Assembly: GCA_049509875.1 (NCBI GenBank)
Contig: JBEKZM010000017.1
Span: 2,529 to 66,528, forward strand
DNA length: 64,000 bases
Direction of reading: 5' to 3'
Origin: Verrucomicrobiota bacterium
GTDB lineage: Bacteria; Verrucomicrobiota; Verrucomicrobiia; Limisphaerales; UBA11358
The position numbers were made by a program, and so were the translations under genes. Below, one piece after another: positions 18,909 to 28,127 of the stretch (its first letter is position 1; the number at the start of each line of letters is the position of its first letter). Below the pieces are notes generated by a model. The model was given only the letters and a program-made list of their open reading frames with translations. It ran no database searches and was not told the origin of the DNA.

Positions 18909-18977
18909 GCCCAGGCGCGCGCCACAGGCCGTCATTGTTGATTTGCCGAAAGGGGATTTTTGCTAGAGAATAAGGCC

Positions 18978-19931
18978 ATGGCTACGCCACTGGCAATTGC
19001 CGGACGCATGGTGTCCCCTTTTGCGGGAGTGGTGAATCGCGTGCGTTACGGTTTTCCCAGCCGCTACTTTCAGGGCGCCGGGCGCATTGGCGATGACCTC
19101 ATGTGTTCGGTCGTGCTGCGCGAACTCCGCAAGCGTGGCAAGCGCAGCCTCGCGGTCATCACTCCTAATCCGGGCCTCTTCGAGCGAAATCCCGATGTGG
19201 CAAAAATCATCCTGCAGAAGGACAACCGGCTCAATCGTTGGGGCCGGGCCGGCTTGCCGGTGCTGAAACTCGCGCACACCGGCTACGACCCGGAACGCGA
19301 CCTCGACCTGCCCCCCAAAGAGCACGTCCTCATCCACCTGTGCCGTCTGGCCGGCATTACCGGACCCGTGGAATTGCGGCCTTTCATTTTTTTGACCGCG
19401 GCGGAGCTGGCCGCCGGCCGGCTGGATGAAAACCAGGTGGCCATCCAGTCCACCGGCCTCGCCGCGCCCTATGCCATGCATAATCGGGAATGGTATCCGC
19501 AGCGCTTCCAGGATCTTTGCGCCCAGCTCCGCTCCGATGTCCGGGTGATCCAAATCGGGAGCGCCAGTGATATGAAGCTGGAAGGCGCCATCGATTTGCG
19601 CGGCAAGACCAGCCTGCGCCAGACCGCGGCTGTGCTCGCCAATTCGCTGGTGTTCATCGGGCTGGTCGGTTTTGTCATGCACCTGGCCCGGGCCGTGGAC
19701 TGCCGTTCGGTCATCATTTATGGCGGCCGGGAGAAACCCGCCATCACCGGCTACGTGGCCAATAAAAATCTCTACACCCAGGTCCGTTGCGCCCCCTGCT
19801 GGCTGCGCAATCCCTGCGACTTCAACCGCAAGTGCATGGATATGATTTCGGTGGACCACGTGATCGCCGCCGCGGCTGAACAGATCGCCCGCCACGGCAC
19901 GCTCCTGGAAGTCCAGACCGCCGTGCTCTGA
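18978..19931 (+). CDS. Glycosyltransferase family 9 (heptosyltransferase-like)
   Basis: The C-terminal half IQIGSASD...IDLRGKTSLRQTAAVLANSLVFIGLVGFVMHLARAVDCRSVIIYGG is typical of GT9. ATG 18978 was chosen inside ORF 18960..19931. Confidence 0.65.
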   Translation: MATPLAIAGRMVSPFAGVVNRVRYGFPSRYFQGAGRIGDDLMCSVVLRELRKRGKRSLAVITPNPGLFERNPDVAKIILQKDNRLNRWGRAGLPVLKLAHTGYDPERDLDLPPKEHVLIHLCRLAGITGPVELRPFIFLTAAELAAGRLDENQVAIQSTGLAAPYAMHNREWYPQRFQDLCAQLRSDVRVIQIGSASDMKLEGAIDLRGKTSLRQTAAVLANSLVFIGLVGFVMHLARAVDCRSVIIYGGREKPAITGYVANKNLYTQVRCAPCWLRNPCDFNRKCMDMISVDHVIAAAAEQIARHGTLLEVQTAVL

Positions 19932-19960
19932 CTCAAGCTCAATCCCTCGCAGAATTACAT

Positions 19961-19988
19961 TTGACAGTCGCGCGCCGCCGCTTATCTT
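19961..19988 (+). promoter_or_regulatory. Candidate sigma70-like promoter (TTGACA, 16 nt spacer, TATCTT)
   Basis: There is a perfect -35 hexamer at 19961-19966 and a 4/6 -10 match at 19983-19988, in the gap upstream of the 20008 ORF. Promoter rules for this lineage are not known to me. Confidence 0.25.
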
Positions 19989-20007
19989 TCCATCAATAAT
20001 AGACTAT

Positions 20008-20478
20008 ATGGCCGACAATCTTCCACCCACTCCGCCGTCAGGACCCACTGGCGCCGTACAGCCGCCGAAAAAAGAAACCGGCAAGGTGCAGCCCAAAAAG
20101 GAGACCGTTCGCATCAATTTGCCGCCCAAACCCACCGCCGCGCCGACGATCAAGCTGCCGACGCTGCCCCCGGGCGGCCCGACTGGCGCGCCCAGTGCTG
20201 CTCCGGCCCTGGCCACGGCGCACGCGGCCCCCCCGCCGGCTCCCAAACCGTCCGGCGCCCCCGGCACTTCCATTGCCAAATCCCCCACCCAGTCCCAAGT
20301 TCAGCAGCGCCCCGCGAGCATGCAGCGTCCCGCCGCCGCGCCCGCCGCGCCCACCATCAAGACCATCGACAAGGTCTTGATTTATGCCACCCTCGTCGCC
20401 GTGCTCGGGGGCGTGGGTTTTTATTGTTACGTTTCCTTCCTGGTTTTGAAACCGGCGATCGACACTTTTCAACCTTAA
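20008..20478 (+). CDS. Proline-rich low-complexity protein with C-terminal transmembrane anchor
   Basis: PPTPPSGPTG...PPKPTAAPTIKLPTLPPGGPTG followed by the hydrophobic stretch IYATLVAVLGGVGFYCYVSFLVL. It lies immediately upstream of trxA. Confidence 0.5.
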   Translation: MADNLPPTPPSGPTGAVQPPKKETGKVQPKKETVRINLPPKPTAAPTIKLPTLPPGGPTGAPSAAPALATAHAAPPPAPKPSGAPGTSIAKSPTQSQVQQRPASMQRPAAAPAAPTIKTIDKVLIYATLVAVLGGVGFYCYVSFLVLKPAIDTFQP

Positions 20479-20488
20479 GAATTTGAAC

Positions 20489-20821
20489 ATGGCCTCTCCT
20501 TTGATCGTCACGCTCACGCAGGATAATTTTGAAACTGAAGCTTTGAAATCCGGGACGCCGGTGCTGGTGGATTTTTGGGCTGAATGGTGTGGACCCTGCA
20601 AGATGATTGCGCCCGTATTGGACGAACTGGCCGGCGAATACCAAGGCAAGATCAAGATCGGCAAGGTCAATGTGGACGAGCATCAGGGCCTGGCCGCGCA
20701 ATACAAAGTGACCGCCATTCCCACGCTGCTCGTCATCAAGAATGGCCAGGTGTCCGAACAGATGGTCGGCGCCAAGAGCAAACGCGATTTGAAGGCCAGC
20801 CTTGATCGCGCCACGGCCTGA
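20489..20821 (+). CDS. trxA: Thioredoxin
   Basis: WAEWCGPCKMIAP active site and a length of about 110 aa. Confidence 0.9.
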   Translation: MASPLIVTLTQDNFETEALKSGTPVLVDFWAEWCGPCKMIAPVLDELAGEYQGKIKIGKVNVDEHQGLAAQYKVTAIPTLLVIKNGQVSEQMVGAKSKRDLKASLDRATA

Positions 20822-20844
20822 GGCCGTCTTCAATTTAAGATCGG

Positions 20845-20880
20845 GCGGGCAATGGTGTACCCATTGCCCGCTTTTTGATT
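20845..20880 (+). terminator. Rho-independent terminator after trxA
   Basis: An 11-bp perfect stem (GCGGGCAATGG 20845-20855 with CCATTGCCCGC 20861-20871), a 5-nt loop, then TTTTTGATTTT. Confidence 0.7.
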
Positions 20881-21143
20881 TTACCGGCCGGCGAGGGAAT
20901 CCAAGACACTTCCCGAACTGCGATGCGCCCAGTAATCCCGTCGGCATTTCCAAACGAAACGCCGTGCATCTCCGTCCAACGCCGACAGCTTCTTGCCCGT
21001 TTGCGTGCCCCCACTCCGCAATCCGAACTCTGAAATCCGCACTCAAATGGTGCGCCCGTTTCGAATTCGCCAGCCATTTTTTTATGTGCCCGGAGCGCGG
21101 CAGCCTGTAATCTTCCACTTCGGAACAGCCCGATACACCTGAC

Positions 21144-22202
21144 ATGGTCACACCCGGAAAACTCAACCGCCGCGCGGAATTCTTTGATCAACTCGCGACC
21201 ATGATCGCGGCGGGGGTGCCGCTGACCAAGGCCATGGAGATGGCGGGGAGAAACCGCTCCCTCGGCGTCCCCCGGCGGGTCGTCGAGGAGTTGACCCACC
21301 ATTTGCAGGACGGGCATACTTTCACCGACGCCATGCAACTCGCCAGTGGGCAGAAGCGCGGCATCGACGTCGCTCTCAAGCCCAGCCGGGAATATTGGCT
21401 TTCCGATTTCGACGTGGCGCTGCTATCCGCCGGGGAAGAATCAGGCCGATTGGACACGACATTCAGAACGCTGGCCCGCTACAACCGTTCGCGCGCCCAG
21501 ATCATTCGCGACACGGTGAGCGGCTCGCTCGTCACCATCGTAACGCTGCATGTCTTCCTGCTCGTTTTTCCGATTGGATATCTCCAGCAATTCGTGCTGG
21601 GCATCATCAACAACCAGTACCACATGTGCCTGCCGTTTATCCTGGAGAAGGCGGCCGCTTACGGCCTGCTTTACGGCGCAATCTGGTTTCTGACCTTCTC
21701 CTCCCAAGGACACCGCGGGGAGTCATGGCGGTCAGCGGTGGAGGCCATCTTCAACCTCATTCCGTGGTTGCGTCAGGCGGTCAAGTACCTCGCGGTGGCC
21801 CGCCTGTCCATGGCTTTGGAAGCCCTGCTCAGCGCCGGAGTGCCCGTGATCCGGTCGTGGGAACTCGCCGCCGCATCCTGCGGTTCCCCGCAATTGAAAA
21901 AGGAAATCTTCAAATGGGCGCCCCAGCTCGAATCCGGCACCACTCCCGGCGACATGGTCGCCCAGATCCCTTATTTTCCCGAGACATTCACCCAACTGTA
22001 CCAGACGGGTGAGCTCAGCGGCAAGATGGACGAAACGCTGGTGCGCCTTCATACGTACTTCGAGGAAGAGGGTTTTCACAAGCTGAAAACGTTTTGTCGT
22101 GTCCTGGGCTACGCGATTTACTTTACCATAGTGGTTATCGCCGGCATTTTCATTATTCGCTTCTGGACGCTGTATTTCGCCCAGGCGCTGGGCTCCTTTT
22201 GA
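21144..22202 (+). CDS. Type II secretion/type IV pilus platform protein, GspF/PilC family
   Basis: There are two T2SS-F repeats (LLSAGEESGRLDTTFRTLA and LYQTGELSGKMDETLVRL), each followed by TM segments. Confidence 0.75.
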   Translation: MVTPGKLNRRAEFFDQLATMIAAGVPLTKAMEMAGRNRSLGVPRRVVEELTHHLQDGHTFTDAMQLASGQKRGIDVALKPSREYWLSDFDVALLSAGEESGRLDTTFRTLARYNRSRAQIIRDTVSGSLVTIVTLHVFLLVFPIGYLQQFVLGIINNQYHMCLPFILEKAAAYGLLYGAIWFLTFSSQGHRGESWRSAVEAIFNLIPWLRQAVKYLAVARLSMALEALLSAGVPVIRSWELAAASCGSPQLKKEIFKWAPQLESGTTPGDMVAQIPYFPETFTQLYQTGELSGKMDETLVRLHTYFEEEGFHKLKTFCRVLGYAIYFTIVVIAGIFIIRFWTLYFAQALGSF

Positions 22203-22276
22203 AAATATCCATGTTTTCCCGCTCGGTCTGGTTTATCCTGCCGGGGCATGAGGCGGCCCAAGCTGAGTGATCTTTT

Positions 22277-23425
22277 ATGACCCTTGCCGAAATTCTATCG
22301 AACGAAGAACTGCGCCAGCACGAATTCCCGGTGGCCAAGGATAAAATCTTCCTGGGCCATGCCGGCGTGTGCGCGCTGCCCCGGCGCGTGGCCCAGGCCA
22401 TGTGCGATTGCGCCAGCGGCGCCATGCTTGGGGACCAGGAGGCGTTCGTAATGCATCGCATTGGTGACGCCCGGAAGGCCGGCGCGAAACTACTGGCCTG
22501 CCAGCCCGACGAAGTGTCACTGGTGGGGCCCACTTCGCTCGGGCTAAGTTTCGTCGCCGCCGGCCTCAATTTTCGCCGGGGCGACAACATCCTCATTTAT
22601 CACGATGATTACCCTTCCAATGTTTATCCGTGGATGGCGCTGGCGGGCCAGGGGGTCCAGGTTCGATTGCTCAATACCCGGAGCCTCGGGGCCATCCGGC
22701 CCGTCGATGTGATGGGGCAGGTGGACGAGAACACGCGGCTGGTGGCGCTGGCCTCCTGCCATTTCATCAGCGGCCATCGCCTGGAATACGAGGCGATCGG
22801 CAAATTTCTACGGGAACGCGGCATTCTATTCTCCCTCGACGCCATCCAGACACTGGGCGCATTTCCGACCACGATGGAGCACGTGGATTTTCTGGCTGCC
22901 GACGCCCACAAGTGGCTGCTCGGCCCCTGCGGCGCGGGCCTCTTGTACGTCAAAGGCGACCTGCAGGAAAAGCTCAATCCGCCGGTGTATGGCTGGCACA
23001 ATGTGCGCAACCCTGATTTCATCGCGCAGGAGAAAATCGAGTTTCGCGCCGGCGCGGCAAAATTCGAGGCCGGCACGCACAATCTCGTGGGCCTGGTCGG
23101 CCTGCTCACCGCCCTGGAACTTATTCTGGAGATAGGCGTGGACGACATCGCCGCGGAACTGGCGCGCAAGCGCGCGTGGCTGGTGCCCGCCTTGCAGGAC
23201 CGGGGTTACCGAGTGCTGAATCCCGACCCCAAACCGGATTGTGCAGGCGGCATCACGTCGCTTTTCCTTCCGGGCAAAGATCTTGCCCCCTTGCACCATC
23301 GGTTGGCCGACGCGGGCGTCATTGCCTCGCTGCGCACCGACCGCCAAGGGCAGAACTACCTCCGCCTCTCCCCGCATTTTTACAACACGGACGCCGAATT
23401 GCGCCGCGTCTTGGAAATGCTCTGA
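22277..23425 (+). CDS. Class V aminotransferase-fold PLP enzyme (cysteine desulfurase/IscS-like fold)
   Basis: ADAHKWLLGPCGAGLLYV (PLP lysine context), with length and overall pattern typical of class V. Confidence 0.8.
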   Translation: MTLAEILSNEELRQHEFPVAKDKIFLGHAGVCALPRRVAQAMCDCASGAMLGDQEAFVMHRIGDARKAGAKLLACQPDEVSLVGPTSLGLSFVAAGLNFRRGDNILIYHDDYPSNVYPWMALAGQGVQVRLLNTRSLGAIRPVDVMGQVDENTRLVALASCHFISGHRLEYEAIGKFLRERGILFSLDAIQTLGAFPTTMEHVDFLAADAHKWLLGPCGAGLLYVKGDLQEKLNPPVYGWHNVRNPDFIAQEKIEFRAGAAKFEAGTHNLVGLVGLLTALELILEIGVDDIAAELARKRAWLVPALQDRGYRVLNPDPKPDCAGGITSLFLPGKDLAPLHHRLADAGVIASLRTDRQGQNYLRLSPHFYNTDAELRRVLEML

Positions 23426-23550
23426 CTGCTTGATCTAACGGCAGTTCCGTAAGATGGCACCATTCCCCTGAACCAATGAGCCAGAATAGTGTCAATAAGT
23501 CAGATTGATTTGAGCTTTACAGCCGGCAATAAAACCCGGAGAAATATGTC

Positions 23551-24783
23551 ATGAAGAAGAACCTGATCCTCATCTTCGTGCTGCTGGCAGCCGTTGGCGG
23601 CGTCATTTACCTGACCAAGGCTGCCCCGGCGGCGCAAACGCCGGGCCAATCCCAGACTCAATCGCCCGCCAAATACCCGCCGCCGCCAGGGGTGGGCATC
23701 GCGCAGACTCTCACCACCATTACCGGGGTGGCCATTTCGCCGCTGCTGGGCGTCAGCGTGATCGGCTGTTATCAATATTGCAAGGCCGAGACGGATGAGG
23801 AACGCGCCAAACTACCCTGGTTCGCCAGCCCGGTGTTTTGGGTGCCGGCCTTCCTGCTGCTGGTGGCCTGCTTCATCAAAGACACGGCCGGCACGGCTCT
23901 CCCCGCTCCCGCCAAGAAACCGTTCGACGCCCTCGAAACCATCGAGCATAAAATCTCCGGCTTGGTGGCGACGGGCGCGTTTGTGCCCATCATGGTCAAC
24001 ATGATCCACGAGGCCAATTCCACCGGCGGCCAGCCCACCCTGACCTTAAGTTCCCTCGGTTTTGCGGCCATCACCATGCCCAACTGGCTTTACGACATCC
24101 TGGTGACGCCGGCGGCGATGTTCATGTTCTTCATCGTCTTTCTGGCGTCCAATGCGATCAACATCCTGATTCTCCTGAGCCCGTTCACCACCATCGATGC
24201 GGCGCTGAAGACTTTTCGGGCCTCGGTGCTGGCCAGCGTGGTCGGCGCCTCGGCCATCGGCTCCTGGACGGGGCACCCGTGGATCGGCGCGCTTTGGTCC
24301 CTGATGATCATTGTGATTTCGTATTTCATTGCGGGCTGGTCGTTTCGCCTCTCGCATTTCGGCCTGGTGTTCGTCTGGGAATTTTTCACCGGCGGCCGCT
24401 ACCGTTTCAAACCGGATCCCAAGGAGAACAACATGTTTCTCGGGCGCAAAGCGGAACGGGTGCCCACGCGCACCTATGGCAAGCTGCTCCGCAACGGCCA
24501 GGGTGAGCTGGTCTTCAGCTATCGCCCATGGCTGGTGCTGCCGCGGCGCACGCTGGTTTTGCCAGCGGGACATTACGAGGCGGGCCGCGGTCTTTTCTAT
24601 TCCGAAATCCTGCGCGTGGAGGGCAGTTCGACCCGGACGGTGTTGCTTTTGCCACCGCATTACCGCGGGCACGAGGAGGAAATTGCCCGGATCTACAGCC
24701 TGACCGGCACGAGGGATGTGGGTTTTCGCGCTGCCTGGGCGTGGTTCAAAGGTCTTTTCACCAGCCAGCCGGTCCCGGCGTGA
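23551..24783 (+). CDS. Polytopic membrane protein of unknown function
   Basis: The ORF is 410 aa, with several hydrophobic helices followed by a soluble ~130-aa C-terminal domain. No family was recognised. Confidence 0.55.
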   Translation: MKKNLILIFVLLAAVGGVIYLTKAAPAAQTPGQSQTQSPAKYPPPPGVGIAQTLTTITGVAISPLLGVSVIGCYQYCKAETDEERAKLPWFASPVFWVPAFLLLVACFIKDTAGTALPAPAKKPFDALETIEHKISGLVATGAFVPIMVNMIHEANSTGGQPTLTLSSLGFAAITMPNWLYDILVTPAAMFMFFIVFLASNAINILILLSPFTTIDAALKTFRASVLASVVGASAIGSWTGHPWIGALWSLMIIVISYFIAGWSFRLSHFGLVFVWEFFTGGRYRFKPDPKENNMFLGRKAERVPTRTYGKLLRNGQGELVFSYRPWLVLPRRTLVLPAGHYEAGRGLFYSEILRVEGSSTRTVLLLPPHYRGHEEEIARIYSLTGTRDVGFRAAWAWFKGLFTSQPVPA

Positions 24784-25066
24784 ACATTGCCGGCGCGGTG
24801 GCCGAGCCTGGCCAAGTCCTGATTTGAATTTGTCACTTTGTGCCTGATCGCACTTCGGATTGGACGCCGAATGTTGAATGTTTCGGAATGCGGAGTTGGC
24901 GAAGGTAGGGCGCGTCGCTCCGCGCGCGCCGCGCTTGCCAACCAACGCAAGCTCACTCCAATCGTTATCGCCTGCCAAGACTTTCGGCTTTCGCGCTTCG
25001 GACTTCAATTGCGTCCATCTGCGGTTAGAGCTTCTTTGACGGCGAGTCAACCGCCGGGCTGCCGCG

Positions 25067-25687
25067 CTACGCCTTTTGTTTCAGGTGGCGGTGAACGAAG
25101 AAATAATACAAGCCGCCCAGGACAAGCGCCGTGGCGCCCACCCACAGAACGACACGATGCATTTCGCCCTTGGTGACGTCCGCGCCGATGGTCACGCCCA
25201 GCCAGCACAGCACGGAACACCAGATGCCCGAGCCGAGCAGGGTGAACAGGGAAAATTGCAGATAATCCATGCGGGCGATGCCGGCCGGAATGCCCACCAA
25301 TTGCCGCGCGCCCGGCAGCAGCCGCGCGATGAACACGCCCGCCGCGCCGTAGTGCGCCGACCAATTCTCCGCCTTCTGGATTTTATCCGGCGTGATCAAA
25401 ATATACCGGCCGTAGCGGATGAGCAGCGGCCGCCCCGCCAGCCGGGCCAGCCAATAAACGAAGGTGGCGCCCAGCCACGATCCCGCCGCGCCGGCAATAA
25501 CAATGCCCGGCAGGCCGATGGCGATTTTTCCCGAGTGCGACCAGCTCGCGGCGAGCGGGATGATGCTTTCACTGGGCAGCGGCAGCACGGAGCTTTCCAT
25601 GGTCATCAGCAGACCCACGACGAAGTAGCCGCCATGTTGGAGCGCCTGCTGGTACCAGTCGAGAATGATTTGGAAAAGGTGTTTCAA
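25067..25687 (-). CDS. DedA/SNARE-associated family membrane protein
   Basis: GYFVVGLLMTMESSVLPLPSE...ARLLPGARQLVGIPAGIARM is typical of DedA. Confidence 0.8.
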   Translation of the reverse strand: MKHLFQIILDWYQQALQHGGYFVVGLLMTMESSVLPLPSESIIPLAASWSHSGKIAIGLPGIVIAGAAGSWLGATFVYWLARLAGRPLLIRYGRYILITPDKIQKAENWSAHYGAAGVFIARLLPGARQLVGIPAGIARMDYLQFSLFTLLGSGIWCSVLCWLGVTIGADVTKGEMHRVVLWVGATALVLGGLYYFFVHRHLKQKA

Positions 25688-25749
25688 GATCAGATGTAAA
25701 AAATGTGCCCGCTAATTACGCGAATTGGCGTGAATTGGAAAGCCGCAAA

Positions 25750-27267
25750 TCACTTGGGCGGATGCTCGTTGTAAAATTGCACTTCGGCGGGCGTGGCGGG
25801 CTGGGGCCAGACCCAGTCGCGGGCCCGGAGCCAATACCAGCTCCCCAGTTTGCTCGACGATCCCCCGGCGTCACCGCCATCGTCCGTGCCGTCTTCGCCC
25901 ACGGAATACAGGAGGAACGTGCCATCGCCGTCTGGGCGATACTTCAGAGGTTTCCCGTCGTTCGGGTCCATGGGCATCGCTGGCAGGAATTCCGGCGAGA
26001 GGCCGGCGAGCGTTTCTGGAAATTTGCCATGTTTCGATTGGAACCGCTTCAGGGCAATGGCCGTCACGACCAGCCGGCGCGCCGTCTCGATTTGCAAGGT
26101 CTTGCGAATCGCGCCACCCAAGCTGGAGCTAAAATCGTCGTGAAAGTCCGGAATTTCGAGCGCGTGAAAAAGAGGGCCGCTTAGGTTTGTGCCGCCTATT
26201 GAGGAGAGCCGGGTTTCCATGGCGTCGTAGTCCGCCTTGTAAAATTGGCCGTGGTTGGTTTGCATCGTCCGCAACGCTTCCAAGATGGCCTGGTTTTGTT
26301 TAATGATCTCGAGTTCCTGGGAATAGCTCCACGAGGAGCGCCACATGACTTCGGCAACGGCATAGCGCGGGCGTTCGGTCAGGGATTCCCAGCCGGACGG
26401 GCCGCCGGACAAGGAGCCCGACATCGCCATGGCGCCGCCGGCCAGCTCTTTGAAATTCTCGTGTGAAGCCCGATATTTCTCAATTTCTCCCGACACCCAG
26501 GCCCGTTCCGTAGCAAACACATTTTCCGCGTCTTTCAGAAAATTCAACTGTTCCCAGCCGTTCTGGACGGCGGCCATTTGCTCGTCGGTGGCATTGGTCG
26601 CCTGCAGGAACTCCCAAGTGGGCGGCACCGCGACCGCCGTGATGGCCACGCGAACCAGGTGGCCGATGATGAGATCGTCCCGATGATCCCGCTGGACGAT
26701 GGCCAACATGGTCAGAAGGTTGGTGGCCGCCGCGGCAGTGTCACCGTCGTGCAGGTCCAACTGGGTCGCGACTACCAATTTTTGGGCGGCCCGCTTCATG
26801 GTCGCGAGATGAGGAAGTGGCAGTTTGGCGCCCAGGCTGTAATCCAGTTGAAAATCCAGCCTGGGGCGGTCGAGAATCTGGCGCAACAATTCCACGGCCG
26901 GCCGGTCGGCCTCAACATAGGCCCGATACTGCTCCCAGGAATTGGTGAAGTCGTAGCCGCGAACGTCCGGCTGGGTCCAGCCAATTTCGGCCCGGCCGGG
27001 TCCGACCATCTGCATCGCGCTTGAATTGTCCGCCGCGGTGCTGAACAGGGCTGCGGCGTCCTGAAGGGAATTGGCACTGTTTTCCTCCGTTGCGGCGGGC
27101 GCGGGAAGCACTTCCGCCAGCGTCAGCTTCTCGCCCTGGTCGCGCAGCAGCCTTTTGTAGGTGTCCAGTTCGTTGCCCGGCTGGAAATGCAGACTCAAAA
27201 GCCCGCTGGCGGCGGCCATGGCAAGAAAGAGGGCCAGCGCGAGCAATATTTTCCACCGGCGGTTCAT
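25750..27267 (-). CDS. Secreted/anchored hypothetical protein
   Basis: The ORF is 505 aa. N-terminal anchor MNRRWKILLALALFLAMAAASGLL. The C-terminus GKPLKYRPDGDGTFLLYSVGEDGTDDGGD is a motif I recall as common in PVC hypothetical proteins. Confidence 0.55.
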   Translation of the reverse strand: MNRRWKILLALALFLAMAAASGLLSLHFQPGNELDTYKRLLRDQGEKLTLAEVLPAPAATEENSANSLQDAAALFSTAADNSSAMQMVGPGRAEIGWTQPDVRGYDFTNSWEQYRAYVEADRPAVELLRQILDRPRLDFQLDYSLGAKLPLPHLATMKRAAQKLVVATQLDLHDGDTAAAATNLLTMLAIVQRDHRDDLIIGHLVRVAITAVAVPPTWEFLQATNATDEQMAAVQNGWEQLNFLKDAENVFATERAWVSGEIEKYRASHENFKELAGGAMAMSGSLSGGPSGWESLTERPRYAVAEVMWRSSWSYSQELEIIKQNQAILEALRTMQTNHGQFYKADYDAMETRLSSIGGTNLSGPLFHALEIPDFHDDFSSSLGGAIRKTLQIETARRLVVTAIALKRFQSKHGKFPETLAGLSPEFLPAMPMDPNDGKPLKYRPDGDGTFLLYSVGEDGTDDGGDAGGSSSKLGSWYWLRARDWVWPQPATPAEVQFYNEHPPK

Positions 27268-27322
27268 GGCGCGAATTTTGATCCGCTAATTGCGCCCGTT
27301 GGCGCGAATTAGAAAGGGCAAT

Positions 27323-27787
27323 TCACGTGCCGGTCTTTTTCTTCCACGGCTGTTCCGGGAATTTATCGGGCAGGCGGATGACCTTGACGGGCGGCGGCTT
27401 GGGCCGGGCCATCTGCATTTCGGGGTCGGCAGCGGGTGGCGCATCAGAGGAATTGGACCGGGCGGCGGCGTTTTCGGCACGCCAGCCGGCGATACGCGCC
27501 TGGAGGCCATGATGCTCGGCGGTGACCTTGTCGCCGGACTTCATATAAAAGAGTGAAAGGTTGGTGTGAACGAGTTGCTCCTGTGGACGCAGCTTTTCCG
27601 CCTTGTGGCCCTCGGCGATGGCCGCCGCGAAGTCGCCCAGCCGGTAAAAGGCCATGCCGAGCGCGAGCTGGGCGTCAAAATATGAGTCACTCTGGGTCAG
27701 CACGGCTTTCAGCTTCCCGACGGCGGCGGCAAATTCGCCGCGGCTGAAGTCGAACATGGCGTCGTCGTATTGTTCCTGCAAGGTCAT
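27323..27787 (-). CDS. Tetratricopeptide-repeat protein
   Basis: TPR-like helices are present (FAAAVGKLKAVL...AQLALGMAFYRLGDFAAAIAEGHKA). The C-terminal tail is basic and Pro-rich. Confidence 0.65.
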   Translation of the reverse strand: MTLQEQYDDAMFDFSRGEFAAAVGKLKAVLTQSDSYFDAQLALGMAFYRLGDFAAAIAEGHKAEKLRPQEQLVHTNLSLFYMKSGDKVTAEHHGLQARIAGWRAENAAARSNSSDAPPAADPEMQMARPKPPPVKVIRLPDKFPEQPWKKKTGT

Positions 27788-27833
27788 CCTGGTTGCACGC
27801 TAACCCCACCTCCGGCGAGAGACAAGGGGCGAG

Positions 27834-27867
27834 TGGCAAATGACCAATGGCAAATGACGAATGACGA
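27834..27867. repeat. Short tandem repeat TGGCAAATGAC x2 followed by GAATGACGA
   Basis: Read directly from the sequence. It lies in the divergent intergenic region between the TPR gene and korA. Confidence 0.5.
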
Positions 27868-28014
27868 GGCGTGGAAGGCACGGGACGATGAGCAGGCTGA
27901 TTTTTGGACACCACTATATCGCGATCACTAATGCACCAATTTCGCTTTTCTTTTGGCGCGGCGCGTAATTATATAACCCATTGATACGCAGATATATAAA
28001 TATCGCATTAGAAT

Positions 28015-28044
28015 TTGACACAATTGGTAGAAGTCGACTATTTT
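28015..28044 (+). promoter_or_regulatory. Candidate sigma70-like promoter for korAB (TTGACA, 18 nt spacer, TATTTT)
   Basis: There is a perfect -35 at 28015-28020 inside a conspicuously AT-rich 200-nt island. korA starts at 28128. Confidence 0.3.
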
Positions 28045-28127
28045 ATCACGGCATCGGTGTCGCGCTGAGATGATTCTTTTCAACCGCCAAACCCCGTGCA
28101 TATTGGTCAACTTGTAATACGAGCTCA

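Noticed and set aside
20038-21166. Minus-strand ORFs 20038..20670 (210 aa) and 20357..21166 (269 aa) overlap the Pro-rich gene and trxA.
   Set aside because: They are antisense to a textbook thioredoxin gene and its terminator, and their Gly/Arg-rich composition is unlike protein.
27834-27867. Short tandem repeats here, and at 62811-62850, were considered as a possible CRISPR or VNTR array.
   Set aside because: There are only two to three units of 9-11 nt with no spacers, and no repeat-spacer periodicity of 25-40 nt occurs anywhere in the window. This is not a CRISPR array.
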